A DNA stretch of 64,000 nucleotides from positions 53,140-117,139 of the forward strand of contig CAVZZV010000002.1 of NCBI GenBank assembly GCA_963779845.1, read 5' to 3'. Of the stretch, positions 47,883-57,352 are shown piece by piece. The first letter of the stretch is position 1; the number at the start of each line of letters is the position of its first letter. The stretch is from an uncultured Bacteroidales bacterium (GTDB taxonomy: Bacteria; Bacteroidota; Bacteroidia; Bacteroidales; GCA-2748055). The position numbers were made by a program, and so were the translations under genes. Below the pieces are notes generated by a model. The model was not told where the DNA came from. It saw nothing but the letters and a program-made list of their open reading frames with translations, and made no database searches.

Positions 47883-50243
47883 ATGAGTTCAGATAAAAAA
47901 AAGAGCAATTATTATATCCGTATTTTCTGGTTGGTTATCCTTATTCCTCCGGTATTTATTTTCCTGATCTTCCTCCTGATTTCCATGGGGAAGCTGGGAA
48001 CCCTTCCCACTTTTGAAAGTCTTGAAAATCCCGAGAACAATCTGGCTTCTGAAATTTATACCGAGGACAAAAGGCTGCTTGGGAAATTTTTTGTCGAGAA
48101 CAGGACTTTCGCCAATTATGAAGACCTTTCCCCTTATCTGGTCAATGCCTTAATTGCCACAGAGGATATCCGGTTCGAGAAACATTCCGGCGTGGATGCC
48201 CGTGGACTGATGCGCGTTATCGTAAGGACGATTATCGGAGGACAAAATACCGGGGGAGGAAGCACACTTAGCCAGCAATTGGCCAAAAATCTTTTTAATA
48301 CCCGGGAAAACCAGCACATGAGTAAATTACGCAGGAGTATTGATCTGGTAATAATTAAACTTAAAGAGTGGAATACTGCTGTCCGGTTGGAGCGGTATTA
48401 TACTAAAAAAGAGATCCTGGTGATGTACCTTAACACCGTTTCATTTGGTCACGAAGCTTTTGGTATTAAATCGGCTTCCGATATTTTTTTCAGTTCCACG
48501 CCGGATTCATTGAACCTTCAGCAAGCAGCTACGCTGGTAGGGGTGCTTAAAGCTCCTACCTATTACAGTCCGATCCGGAATCCGGAAAATTCTATTCGTA
48601 GAAGAAACCTTGTTTTATCACAAATGGAAAAATATGACTTTATTGACGAAGCAAGGCGTGATTCTATAGCCCGGCTTCCCATTGAAATTAATTTTAATGC
48701 CCAGAGCCATACTTCCGGTCTGGGAACCCATTTCCGCACCTATTTAAGGAAGACACTGACTGCCGTAAAACCCGTTCGCGCAAACTATTACTCGTATGAC
48801 AGTTATCAGGAGGATTCTCTTCGCTGGGAGCGTGATCCTACCTATGGCTGGGTCAATAAAAACCCGAAACCCGATGGCACTCCCTATAATATCTTCACGG
48901 ATGGATTAAAAATATATACAACCATCAACTACAAGATGCAACAATATGCTGAAGAGGCGGTGTCGGAACATCTGGGCAGGTTATTGCAAAAAGAATTCTT
49001 TGCAGAAAAGAAGGGCCGAAAAAACGCACCATTCTCCAACGATCTCACATCTAAGGAGATAGAAGACATTATGGTTAGGTCCATGCGCAGGACAGACCGT
49101 TACGACATACTTAAGGCATCAGGAATGAGTCCGGATTCGATAAAGCTTGTCTTTAATACCAAAAGGAAGATGAAAGTTTTCACCTGGAATGGGGAAAGAG
49201 ATACTATTATGAGTCCCATGGACTCCGTCCGGTATTATAAATATTTTCTTCAGGTGGGAATGATGGCGATGGAACCCGGTACCGGACATGTAAAGGCATA
49301 TGTAGGGGGGCATAACAGTCGTTATTTTCAATACGATCATGTTACCCAGGGTAAAAGGCAGGTTGGATCGACCATTAAACCTTTTCTATATACCCTCGCC
49401 ATGCAGGAAGGGTATTCCCCCTGTTATCAGGTGGCAAATATCCCGGTGACCTTTGCCGTAAATGACACCACCTGGACACCCAAAAATTCAGGGAATTTCG
49501 ACATGGAGGGAAAAATGGTTACCCTGGAATGGGGCCTGGCCCATTCGGTGAACTACATCTCTGCATGGCTGGTTAAGAGACTGAATGCTCAGGCTGTTGT
49601 GGACATGATAAAAAAGATGGGGGTTAAGAGTAAGGTTGATCCCGTTCCTTCGGTTATCTATGGTACTTCTGATATCAGGCTCTCAGAAATGGTCGGGGCA
49701 TTCAACACTTTCCCCGGAAAGGGCATCTTTGTGGAACCTATATATATTACCCGTATTGAGGACAGGATGGGAACTGAAATTGGCTCTTTTCAACCAGTGA
49801 AAACAGAGTCAATCAGTGAAAAAACAGCTTATTTGATGACCCAATTATTGGGAAATGTGGTAAACCGGGGTACAGCGGGAAGATTAAGGTGGGTTTTCAA
49901 TCTTACAGCAGAAATGGGAGGGAAAACAGGTACTACCCAGAATCAGTCTGATGGCTGGTATATGGGAATTACCCCTAAACTTACTGCCGGAGTATGGGTT
50001 GGGGCAGAGGATCGTTCCGTACATTTTGATTACCTGGGAAAGGGTTCAGGCTCCTATATGGCCCTTCCTATCTATGGATATTTTATGCAGAAGGTATACG
50101 CCGATTCCACGCTGAACATAAGCCAGGAAGACCATTTTGAGAAACCGGAGGGATTCAATATGGTCCTTGATTGTCCGGATGTGGAGAAGAACGCCGGAGT
50201 GGTCCGTTCCAATTTGCATTATGAAGAGACCGATGAGTTTTAA
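47883..50243 (+). CDS. mrcA: Bifunctional penicillin-binding protein 1A (GT51 transglycosylase and transpeptidase)
   Basis: GT51 motifs are TEDIRFEKHSGVD and GGSTLSQQLAKN. Transpeptidase motifs are STIKP, SVN and KTGT. There is an N-terminal TM anchor. Confidence 0.9.
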   Translation: MSSDKKKSNYYIRIFWLVILIPPVFIFLIFLLISMGKLGTLPTFESLENPENNLASEIYTEDKRLLGKFFVENRTFANYEDLSPYLVNALIATEDIRFEKHSGVDARGLMRVIVRTIIGGQNTGGGSTLSQQLAKNLFNTRENQHMSKLRRSIDLVIIKLKEWNTAVRLERYYTKKEILVMYLNTVSFGHEAFGIKSASDIFFSSTPDSLNLQQAATLVGVLKAPTYYSPIRNPENSIRRRNLVLSQMEKYDFIDEARRDSIARLPIEINFNAQSHTSGLGTHFRTYLRKTLTAVKPVRANYYSYDSYQEDSLRWERDPTYGWVNKNPKPDGTPYNIFTDGLKIYTTINYKMQQYAEEAVSEHLGRLLQKEFFAEKKGRKNAPFSNDLTSKEIEDIMVRSMRRTDRYDILKASGMSPDSIKLVFNTKRKMKVFTWNGERDTIMSPMDSVRYYKYFLQVGMMAMEPGTGHVKAYVGGHNSRYFQYDHVTQGKRQVGSTIKPFLYTLAMQEGYSPCYQVANIPVTFAVNDTTWTPKNSGNFDMEGKMVTLEWGLAHSVNYISAWLVKRLNAQAVVDMIKKMGVKSKVDPVPSVIYGTSDIRLSEMVGAFNTFPGKGIFVEPIYITRIEDRMGTEIGSFQPVKTESISEKTAYLMTQLLGNVVNRGTAGRLRWVFNLTAEMGGKTGTTQNQSDGWYMGITPKLTAGVWVGAEDRSVHFDYLGKGSGSYMALPIYGYFMQKVYADSTLNISQEDHFEKPEGFNMVLDCPDVEKNAGVVRSNLHYEETDEF

Positions 50244-51982
50244 GCCAGCCTTCCGGGAAGGGCGGAAATCAACTCTCTCGTATAGGGGCTTCCGGGATGG
50301 CTGTAAATTGTTTCGGGAATTCCCTCCTCTTCAATTTTCCCATCCTTCATAATGATCATGCGGTCCGACATGTACTTTACCACTGCCAGATCATGGGAGA
50401 TAAAAATGTAGCTTAACCCGAAATCCCGCTTTAAATCGTTCAACAGGTTTAGGATCTGGGCCTGAACAGAAACATCAAGGGCAGATACGGATTCGTCCAG
50501 GATCAGGAATTCGGGTTCAGGGCACAGTGCCCTGGCAATACCAATCCTTTGCCGCTGTCCGCCTGAAAACTGATGGGGATATTTCTCAAGGTCTTTTCTG
50601 TTTAATTCCACCTTTTGAATAAGCTCAACGGCCCGGTCCTCGATTTCTCTTTTCGACAACCCGGGAAAATGTGTATGGATCACCTCCTTCATCATATTTC
50701 CGATGCTGATCGACGGATTCAGGGAGGAGTAGGGATCCTGGAACACCACCTGCACATTTTTGCGAAAGTTTTTCAATGCTCTTCCTTTTAGCTTTGCAAT
50801 ATTTTCTCCTTTGAAAAGGATATCCCCTGAATGGTTTTTCAGAAGTTTCAGAATGGTCTTTCCCAGGGTGGTTTTCCCACAGCCGGATTCCCCTACCAGT
50901 CCAAGGGTTTCTCCTCTGTGCAGGATAAGGCTGACATTATTCACTGCCCTGGTGGTTTCCTTTTTCAGATTGAATAAAGAAACTGAACGGAGATAGCTAA
51001 CGGAGAGATGCTTAATTTCGAGAAGAACTCCCGGGTTTTTCTCTTCTGCTTTTGCCCTCTCTGCCTTCCCGGCAGTTTTTGTTTCTTTTATTGTTCCCGG
51101 GGGCGGTGTTCCCTGTTCAAAATCCTCAATGGTAGGAAGTCTTGGAGGCTTTTCGTTCAGTGGGGGTTGACAGGCAAGCAATCCGCGGGTATATTCCGTT
51201 TGTGGATGGGTGAAAATTTGTTGCACAGGATTATGTTCAACCACCCTGCCGTTTCTCATAACGACCACTTCATCCGCAATCTCTCCAATCAAACGGAGAT
51301 CATGGGAGATAAACAATACCGAAATATTATATTCCGACTGGAGATCTTTTAAAAGTTTTATAATTCTTTTTTGAACGGTAACATCCAGGGCGGTGGTGGG
51401 CTCGTCAGCAATCAGCAGTTCGGGCCCGGTGGAAAGTGCCATGGCGATCATCACTCTTTGCCTCTGGCCCCCGCTCAGCTGATGAGGATAGGAATTATAG
51501 ATTCTCAAAGGATCTGGCATTTTCACCCGGGTAAAGAGCTCAAGAATATGAGTTTTACGATTATCACGATGGGTATCTTTATGCCTCTTCAACAGTTCAT
51601 CAATTTGTTCCCCGCATTTCATGGAAGGATTCAGGGAACTCATCGGCTCCTGGAAAATCATGGCGATCCTCTTGCCCCGGTAGTTATTCATCTCTTTTTT
51701 GTTGAGACTGAGAAGATCAACGGTCTTTTCTCCTTCGTGAAAGAGGATTTTACCCCCTGTGGAATTGAGTCCGGGGGGCAATAAACCCATGATTGAAAGT
51801 GCCGTCATGGATTTTCCTGAGCCCGATTCTCCAACTATGCCGCAAACGCGACCTCTGGGGACCGAAAAGTCTATTCCTGAAAGAATGGAGGAATCGGATT
51901 CTTTGACAGAGACGGATAAATTTTGGATTTCGAGAAGAAATGGAGGCATAAATAACGATATAAAGTATTTTATATAGGTCAA
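50240..51982 (-). CDS. ABC transporter ATP-binding protein with two fused ATPase domains (oligopeptide/microcin-type)
   Basis: It has Walker A GESGSGKS and GESGCGKT, and signatures LSGGQRQR and FSGGQRQR. The likely start is MPPFLLEIQNL at 51949. Confidence 0.85.
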   Translation of the reverse strand: MTYIKYFISLFMPPFLLEIQNLSVSVKESDSSILSGIDFSVPRGRVCGIVGESGSGKSMTALSIMGLLPPGLNSTGGKILFHEGEKTVDLLSLNKKEMNNYRGKRIAMIFQEPMSSLNPSMKCGEQIDELLKRHKDTHRDNRKTHILELFTRVKMPDPLRIYNSYPHQLSGGQRQRVMIAMALSTGPELLIADEPTTALDVTVQKRIIKLLKDLQSEYNISVLFISHDLRLIGEIADEVVVMRNGRVVEHNPVQQIFTHPQTEYTRGLLACQPPLNEKPPRLPTIEDFEQGTPPPGTIKETKTAGKAERAKAEEKNPGVLLEIKHLSVSYLRSVSLFNLKKETTRAVNNVSLILHRGETLGLVGESGCGKTTLGKTILKLLKNHSGDILFKGENIAKLKGRALKNFRKNVQVVFQDPYSSLNPSISIGNMMKEVIHTHFPGLSKREIEDRAVELIQKVELNRKDLEKYPHQFSGGQRQRIGIARALCPEPEFLILDESVSALDVSVQAQILNLLNDLKRDFGLSYIFISHDLAVVKYMSDRMIIMKDGKIEEEGIPETIYSHPGSPYTRELISALPGRLA

Positions 51983-52366
51983 AACTAAAAAAATATAATC
52001 TTACCATTACAATCAATATTTAATTTTTGGATAATATGTTTCAAGCTTACCCGTCTGATCGTTTTTTACACCTGCTGCTTTATGCATAAACATTACCTTC
52101 AACCTTAATCTCAAATTTAGATTTGCAACAGCTCCTACGAGCTTCATCAATTAGCCAGAACCCGCCTTTCTACCCTCTTAGGCAGGACCCCGGGTAAGGT
52201 ATTTGATAATAGCAATTGCCCTTTTTTAAGAATATTGTAAAAATTTCCGGTCGCTTTCCTCTTGCTTATGTTTTTGCGAACGCATACTTTCCAAGACTGC
52301 CCTATGTAGAACTAAACCTTCCAAATGTTCCCAATTGAGCAACTTTTTTTATGCATTTTAATTACG

Positions 52367-52374
52367 TATTTTTG
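52367..52374 (+). promoter_or_regulatory. -7 promoter box of three-gene module 1
   Basis: TATTTTTG lies within GTATTTTTGTAAAATCATTG. The same 20-mer, with 1 mismatch, precedes module 2 at 57728. Confidence 0.55.
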
Positions 52375-52409
52375 TAAAATCATTGTAAATACTTACTTAT
52401 TTGAGCAAC

Positions 52410-52751
52410 ATGTTAAACATCGGAAGCAAAATATCTTTACTCAGGAAAGAGAAAGGATGGTCGCAAAGCGACCTTGCAGAACAAATTAGCGCATCAAGGG
52501 AGATAATTGGAAAATACGAGCGTAACGAAAATTCACCTTCTCTTGAAATGGCTTTAAAAATGGCTAAAGCATTTGGCGTAACAGTTGATTTTCTTTTAGG
52601 TGAAGGCGAGTATTCTTCTTACGACCAAGATACCATTGACAGGATAAAAAGTATCCAGAAAATGGATACCAATACTAAATCGGTGTTGTTTAATGTAATT
52701 GACACCTACATACAAAATTTTAAAACAAAACAGGCGTTTGCCACAAAATAA
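52410..52751 (+). CDS. XRE-family helix-turn-helix transcriptional regulator (module 1)
   Basis: MLNIGSKISLLRKEKGWSQSDLAEQISASREIIGKYERNENSPSLEMALKMAKAFGVTVDFLLGE is a classic Cro/CI HTH. The start was chosen by alignment to the module-2 paralogue. Confidence 0.85.
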   Translation: MLNIGSKISLLRKEKGWSQSDLAEQISASREIIGKYERNENSPSLEMALKMAKAFGVTVDFLLGEGEYSSYDQDTIDRIKSIQKMDTNTKSVLFNVIDTYIQNFKTKQAFATK

Positions 52752-52758
52752 AAGGATT

Positions 52759-52977
52759 ATGAAACAAGTAGTTTTAAACGTACCGGACAACAAATACCCG
52801 TTCTTTATGGAACTGGTAAAAAGCCTCGGTTTTGTTAAAGTGCCTGACGAAGCTAAGTTGACAAAAAAAGAGAAGGAGTTTGTGGAAGGGACTAAAAATT
52901 CTCTCGAACAAGTGGAGCAACATTTGAAAGGAGAAATTAAGTTAAAAACCGCAGACCAGTTGTACAATGAGCTTTAA
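52759..52977 (+). CDS. Small acidic protein, putative antitoxin (module 1)
   Basis: 72 aa (MKQVVLNVPDNKYPFF...LKTADQLYNEL). It overlaps the toxin start by 11 nt. Its C-terminal third is similar to the module-2 protein. Confidence 0.55.
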   Translation: MKQVVLNVPDNKYPFFMELVKSLGFVKVPDEAKLTKKEKEFVEGTKNSLEQVEQHLKGEIKLKTADQLYNEL

Positions 52978-53299
52978 CATTTACACCACCGACTTTTTTG
53001 ACAAGGAACTGAAAAAGCTTTCCAAAAGATATCCGTCTGTAAAGAACGATTACAAAGCCCTTGTTAATTCCTTAAAAGAAGAACCCAAACAAGGACAGGC
53101 ACTTGGCAAGGATTGTTATAAAATCCGCATGGCTATTTCCTCAAAAGGTAAAGGCAAAAGCGGTGGAAGCCGTGTAATCTCCTGTGTTAAAATTATTGCT
53201 GAATCGGTTTTCTTACTGTCCATCTTTGATAAAGGAGATAAGGGAAATATTTCCGATAAAGAACTGGATAAGCTGCACCCAATAGATACTATTATGTAA
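52967..53299 (+). CDS. RelE/ParE-superfamily (HigB/Gp49-like) toxin (module 1)
   Basis: 110 aa: ...QGQALGKDCYKIRMAISSKGKGKSGGSRVISCVKI...VFLLSIFDKGDKGNISDKEL. Confidence 0.75.
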   Translation: MSFNIYTTDFFDKELKKLSKRYPSVKNDYKALVNSLKEEPKQGQALGKDCYKIRMAISSKGKGKSGGSRVISCVKIIAESVFLLSIFDKGDKGNISDKELDKLHPIDTIM

Positions 53300-53900
53300 C
53301 CCAATGCTAGTTACATCAGCTAATGTTGAAGCCCCACCAACCATGATATTCCATGCAGTATTGAAATCATCACCCCCTCCGTTTGCGGCAACATCTGCAA
53401 CTACTTCAATAAAACCAAGCCTTTCATCAACACCAGACTTTATACAGACCGGCCAGTTCAAAGAACTTCACTTCCATTTTAAAATTATCATTTTTTCTTT
53501 TAATTGAAAAAATATTTGGGCTTTCAGTTAAAAATTATTCAGTTAAAAGAAAAAGTTATGGCTGTTTTAACACACTACGGCATTTTTAACCGCTTAGGCA
53601 ACCCCCAAAGCCAGCGGGGGCAGGCAAGGTTTTTGGAGAAAAAATTTTTACGGATTTCGTTTCTGTGGATAGTTTCAGATCCTGGATAATTATCGGTTCA
53701 TACCACATAAAATTTTTTCTTCAAAACCTTTAGGCTTTACCTTGCGCGGGCATGGACGGTGGCTTTACCTTTGCGCTAAGCGGTTAAAATGAGCCTTCAG
53801 AGCTTTGACCTAGGTTTATCGGGGGATTGAGCCCGGTTCGAAGTGGTTTTCCCCGGTTTCAGGAAAGGGCCTGGTTCGAAGCGGCGGGCGAGCGGAGGGG

Positions 53901-53961
53901 CAAAAAAGACAGGGGGAACTTTACAAAATACCACTTAAATAAACAATTCATTTTGTAAAGT
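53901..53961 (-). terminator. 12-bp perfect hairpin plus T6 tract downstream of the ORF6N remnant
   Basis: ACTTTACAAAAT (53918-53929) pairs with ATTTTGTAAAGT (53950-53961). On the minus strand it is followed by ...CTGTCTTTTTTG. Confidence 0.5.
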
Positions 53962-54000
53962 GGCTGGATTTTTTGCCCTGGGGATGAGTTTGACTATGGA

Positions 54001-54560
54001 TTATTCCTTATCGTCGTGAGGTTTGTAGCCTATCTTTTTCCGGTTTTTCTGGTCAAATTCTTCCTGTTTGGCTTTTTCAAGTTGCTTCAGGTATTCAAAA
54101 ATCAGCATTATTTTATCGTCCTGCTCAATATCTTTCTTTTCAAGGTGTTCGAGCTTTTGCAATATTTCTCTGTGCGTTTCCACCAGTTCACGCATTTTCG
54201 TAAAAACCCTGATGATCTGGATATTCACCATAATTGCCCGGTCGCTGTTCAAAACACTTGACAACATGGCAACTCCCTGTTCTGTAAAAACCAACGGGGC
54301 TTTCCTTAATCCCATCTTTTCACTATTGGATATCACAATTTGTGATTTCCAATTTTCCATTTCTTCTTTGGTCATCTGGAATCATAAAATCTTCCGGAAA
54401 GCGTTTTATCATTGCGTCCTTACCGGCCTCATTTAATACCCTTGTTTCATACATCGTATAATTCGGCAAGGTCTCTGTCAATGCATCACCTTTATTGCCC
54501 CTTATCAGAGTATATTTTGGTGATGTATGTGTTTCAACCGGTGAATATTAATGCATTTTC
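54001..54560 (-). pseudogene. ORF6N (KilA-N-like) domain protein with several frameshifts in the N-terminal half
   Basis: ORF 54001..54375 reads MTKEEMENWKSQI...APLVFTEQGVAMLSSVLNSDRAIMVNIQIIRVF. Upstream pieces IRGNKVM / IDRDLAELYDV / ETRVLNEA...KRFPEDFM occur in three different frames. Confidence 0.7.
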
Positions 54561-54636
54561 TTTACGCATCATGTTTGTTTTAAAGTTATCAAAAATAGAT
54601 ATTATAAATTGAGGTTCGCAATTTGCGACACCATTT

Positions 54637-55026
54637 TCATTTCAACGGATGGAACATACCCAGCTCCTCTTTTAAATCATCCAGGTTTGCCCGGATATAC
54701 CGCTGCGTGGAGTAAATACTGGCATGACCGGCCATGTACTGCACTTCACGGATATTCTTTTCTTTTACCCACTGGCTGATGACACTTACCCGTATTTGTG
54801 TAAAACTGTTTAAGTATTCATGTTCTTGTTTTAGTTCCCGGAGCAGTTCCCGCATGGCATCTTTAATGTGCCCGCTGGTCCCGATGGTAATAAATAGCTT
54901 TTCAGATTTCTTGCCTTTCAGTTTCAGGAGCTTTGGGCGGATCCCGCTCATGTATTCCTGTAGCGGTAATATCTGGCTGGCATTGAGCTTTAAAACGCGA
55001 CCCTTTGGATTTATGGTTTTCTTTGA
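54637..55026 (-). pseudogene. Tyrosine recombinase/integrase, C-terminal remnant
   Basis: ...KGRVLKLNASQILPLQEYMSGIRPKLL...VQYMAGHASIYSTQRYIRANLDDL includes the catalytic-Tyr region. The N-terminal two thirds or so are absent. Confidence 0.7.
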
Positions 55027-55220
55027 TTATTCAATTAGTTGGGTTTATCGCTATTGGCGGAATATGGTTTATGAGAAAATGGGGGCTTTTTCTCTATGTG
55101 TTATTGACGATTGTTATTCAGGTAGAAATGTTTTTGGTAAGTAACTGGGCGCCTTACTTACTGGTGGTTCCTATAATTATCATTGGTTCTAATCTGTTAT
55201 TATACAAACAATTTAAATGA
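55005..55220 (+). CDS. Hypothetical small membrane protein (possibly a fragment)
   Basis: 71 aa with two hydrophobic helices. Its start overlaps the integrase remnant. The stop abuts the stop of the convergent ORF at 55221. Confidence 0.3.
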   Translation: MDLWFSLIIQLVGFIAIGGIWFMRKWGLFLYVLLTIVIQVEMFLVSNWAPYLLVVPIIIIGSNLLLYKQFK

Positions 55221-55685
55221 TTAGCTGATTAATATTGAGGCTATTGTTCTTTCTTTAATTTCCGTCTTTCCTTCAATAGAATATTCAAAATTTGGATACA
55301 ACAAGCTTGTTATAACAATATACCTGTTTCCTTCTAATATAAATTTATAGAAACGGTAGTTATCAGTTGTAAGAAAGCCGCCTTTCTTTTTATAAAAGCG
55401 GCTTTGGTGTATTTCTATTTTTTCTAGGTTAGAAGGTGAAATAATAGTTTCTTTTCCTTCGTCATAAAGCACTTTAACCTTTCTATTGATAAAATAATAA
55501 TCTAAGTGAAGATAAATATGCATAATACTAATAATAAAAAATGCGGCGTAAACTACATACTCAGCAATATTATTTTCAATAGGATTAGCCTTAATATACA
55601 GCCAAGTTATGAACATGATAAACCAAAAGATTATATATGGAAATAAATGTTTAACATGCTTTTTTACAGTTACACGCTGTTCCAT
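55221..55685 (-). CDS. Hypothetical membrane protein (2 TM segments plus a small soluble domain)
   Basis: 154 aa. The start codon lies 4 nt after the stop of the S74-domain remnant. Confidence 0.4.
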   Translation of the reverse strand: MEQRVTVKKHVKHLFPYIIFWFIMFITWLYIKANPIENNIAEYVVYAAFFIISIMHIYLHLDYYFINRKVKVLYDEGKETIISPSNLEKIEIHQSRFYKKKGGFLTTDNYRFYKFILEGNRYIVITSLLYPNFEYSIEGKTEIKERTIASILIS

Positions 55686-55689
55686 CTAT

Positions 55690-56120
55690 TTATTCCTTAT
55701 TTTTTATTTCTAATTCATCTAATCTAATCAAAACGCTGTTAAGTATTTTTTCATTATACTCTGTATTCATTTGATATTCTTTTAGTATGTCGTTCTGCTT
55801 ATTAATCAAAGTTTGTTGGTCTTTTAGTGCTTCTATCAAAATTGGAATAAGTTTATAATAATAAACCATCTTAAATCCGGCACTATCAGTTGTAACAAGC
55901 TCTGGGTAGACTTTTTCAACCTCCTGTGCTATAACACCGATATCTTTCTTCTCAGCATTTAAAAGTGTATCTTTCCAATTAAAAGTATATCCGTTTAAGG
56001 TTGATACCTTTTATAATGAACTATCAATTGGTGTAATATTTTCTTTTAAATTTTTATCACTGTAGAACGAATTATAACCACCATTCTCGAACCAATTTAT
56101 CCAATCTTTTGTTTGTTTGA
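55690..56120 (-). pseudogene. Tail-fibre / peptidase S74 intramolecular-chaperone domain protein, C-terminal remnant with an in-frame stop
   Basis: The minus frame reads SDKNLKENITPIDSSL*KVSTLNGYTFNWKD...KDIGVIAQEVEKVYPELVTTDSAGFKMVYYYKLIPILIEALKDQQ. The 5' side is cut by the IS3 left end. Confidence 0.65.
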
Positions 56121-56147
56121 ACTTGCAATAGTTTTCCGGACATTTTA

Positions 56148-56972
56148 TTAAGCAACTAATTGATTTATTAAATTCTCTTTTTTGTTTTTAATTGATGTTT
56201 TTATTGTCGTATGAATCCTGTTTACATTGTACCACGCTTCAATGTACTCAAAAACAGATAATTGTGCTTCTTTAAAAGTCTTGTAATTATTTTGATAAAC
56301 GTGTTCAACTTTCAATGTTTTAAAGAAGCTTTCAGCAACTGCATTATCCCAACAATCTCCTTTACGACTCATGCTTCTTTGTACAAGCTTATATGATGAC
56401 AGCAGGTTTTTAAACTCATTGCAGGCATATTGGACACCTCGATCAGAATGAAAAATAAGCACTTGGGTAATGGGTCGGTTCCTGATGGCCATCTTCCATG
56501 CAGGAATGGTTGTAAAAATCGCCTTTAAAGATTTGCTAAAAGCCCATCCAATAACTTTTCTATCATAAAGATCTATTATAACAGTCAAATAAAGCCACCC
56601 TTGGTAGGTTTTAATATAAGTGATATCAGAGACCCATACTTGCCCTGATCTGCTCACATTAAAGTCTCTGTTGAGCCTATTCTCAACCACCGGATACTTA
56701 TGCTTGGAATCTGTTGTAATAATCCACTTTTTTCGTATTACGCTCTGCATATTTTGCTTTTTCATTAATCGAGCTACTTTCGGTCGTGATACGTGTATTC
56801 CTTCTTCTAAAAGTGCTAAGGTAACCCTGGGACTGCCATAGGTCTTCTTGCTGAGCTCGTATATCTTTTTTATGCGATATGATAACTCATCGTTCAATTT
56901 ATCCCGCTTACCCGGTTTATGCACCAGCCAACCGTAATATGAACTCCTGCTTACCTTTAAAACTTTACACAT
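56148..56972 (-). CDS. IS3 OrfB (DDE integrase-core transposase)
   Basis: 274 aa: ...VWVSDITYIKT...IFHSDRGVQYA...DNAVAESFFKTLKVE. The frame continues upstream to the slippery site. Confidence 0.9.
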   Translation of the reverse strand: MCKVLKVSRSSYYGWLVHKPGKRDKLNDELSYRIKKIYELSKKTYGSPRVTLALLEEGIHVSRPKVARLMKKQNMQSVIRKKWIITTDSKHKYPVVENRLNRDFNVSRSGQVWVSDITYIKTYQGWLYLTVIIDLYDRKVIGWAFSKSLKAIFTTIPAWKMAIRNRPITQVLIFHSDRGVQYACNEFKNLLSSYKLVQRSMSRKGDCWDNAVAESFFKTLKVEHVYQNNYKTFKEAQLSVFEYIEAWYNVNRIHTTIKTSIKNKKENLINQLVA

Positions 56973-57004
56973 CTTCTCAATGGGAAATATGGAGTCGTTT
57001 GCCC

Positions 57005-57316
57005 TTATGAATTGGAATATTTGCCATCGCTCTTGGAGAAAATGCTTACAGCTTTTTTTAAGATGTCACGTTCTATCTGTGCATCGTAAAGCTCCTTCTT
57101 CAATCTGGCTATCTCTTTTTGATCTTCTGTCTGGATCTTATTTCCCTGACCAGGAAAACTTGCTTCCAGATGTTTGTTTGCTTCCCGTCTCCAACGGTAG
57201 ATCAGATCAGCTCGGATATCCAGTTCAGCTGCTAGTGCTGTGTAGTCCTCACGATTATTACTCAGTTCCAGTACCATCTGTTTAAACTCTCGATCAAATT
57301 TTCTTCTTTTTTTCAT
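57005..57316 (-). CDS. IS3 OrfA (HTH)
   Basis: 103 aa: MKKRRKFDREFKQMVLELS...ADLIYRWRRE, then a leucine-zipper-like tail. Confidence 0.9.
   Translation of the reverse strand: MKKRRKFDREFKQMVLELSNNREDYTALAAELDIRADLIYRWRREANKHLEASFPGQGNKIQTEDQKEIARLKKELYDAQIERDILKKAVSIFSKSDGKYSNS
57052..57060 (-). promoter_or_regulatory. Programmed -1 ribosomal frameshift slippery site
   Basis: The minus strand reads TTAAAAAAAGC (A7G). The -1 frame reads ...KKSCKHFLQERWQIFQFIRANDSIFPIEKMCKVLKVSR and joins OrfB. Confidence 0.75.
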
Positions 57317-57352
57317 AACAGTAAAATTAAGTTTTTTAGCTTAACTTAATGT

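Noticed and set aside
50240-50243. Convergent PBP1A and ABC ATPase genes share overlapping stop codons (TTAA). The same zero-gap tail-to-tail arrangement occurs at 55220/55221.
   Set aside because: It is a real but trivial consequence of compact gene packing, and no additional signal was seen there.
53213-53507. ORFs 53213..53461 (-) and 53304..53507 (+) just after toxin 1
   Set aside because: They overlap each other, and the minus-strand ORF also overlaps the toxin 3' end. They have no start context or motifs. The minus-strand ORF (…FIEVVADVAANGGGDDFNTAWNIMVGG…) might be a gene fragment, but I cannot assign it.
53830-53890. Two GGTTCGAAG motifs that resemble tRNA T-loops
   Set aside because: No acceptor, D or anticodon arms can be drawn around either copy. 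They are treated as part of the repeat-structured block, not as tRNA or tmRNA.
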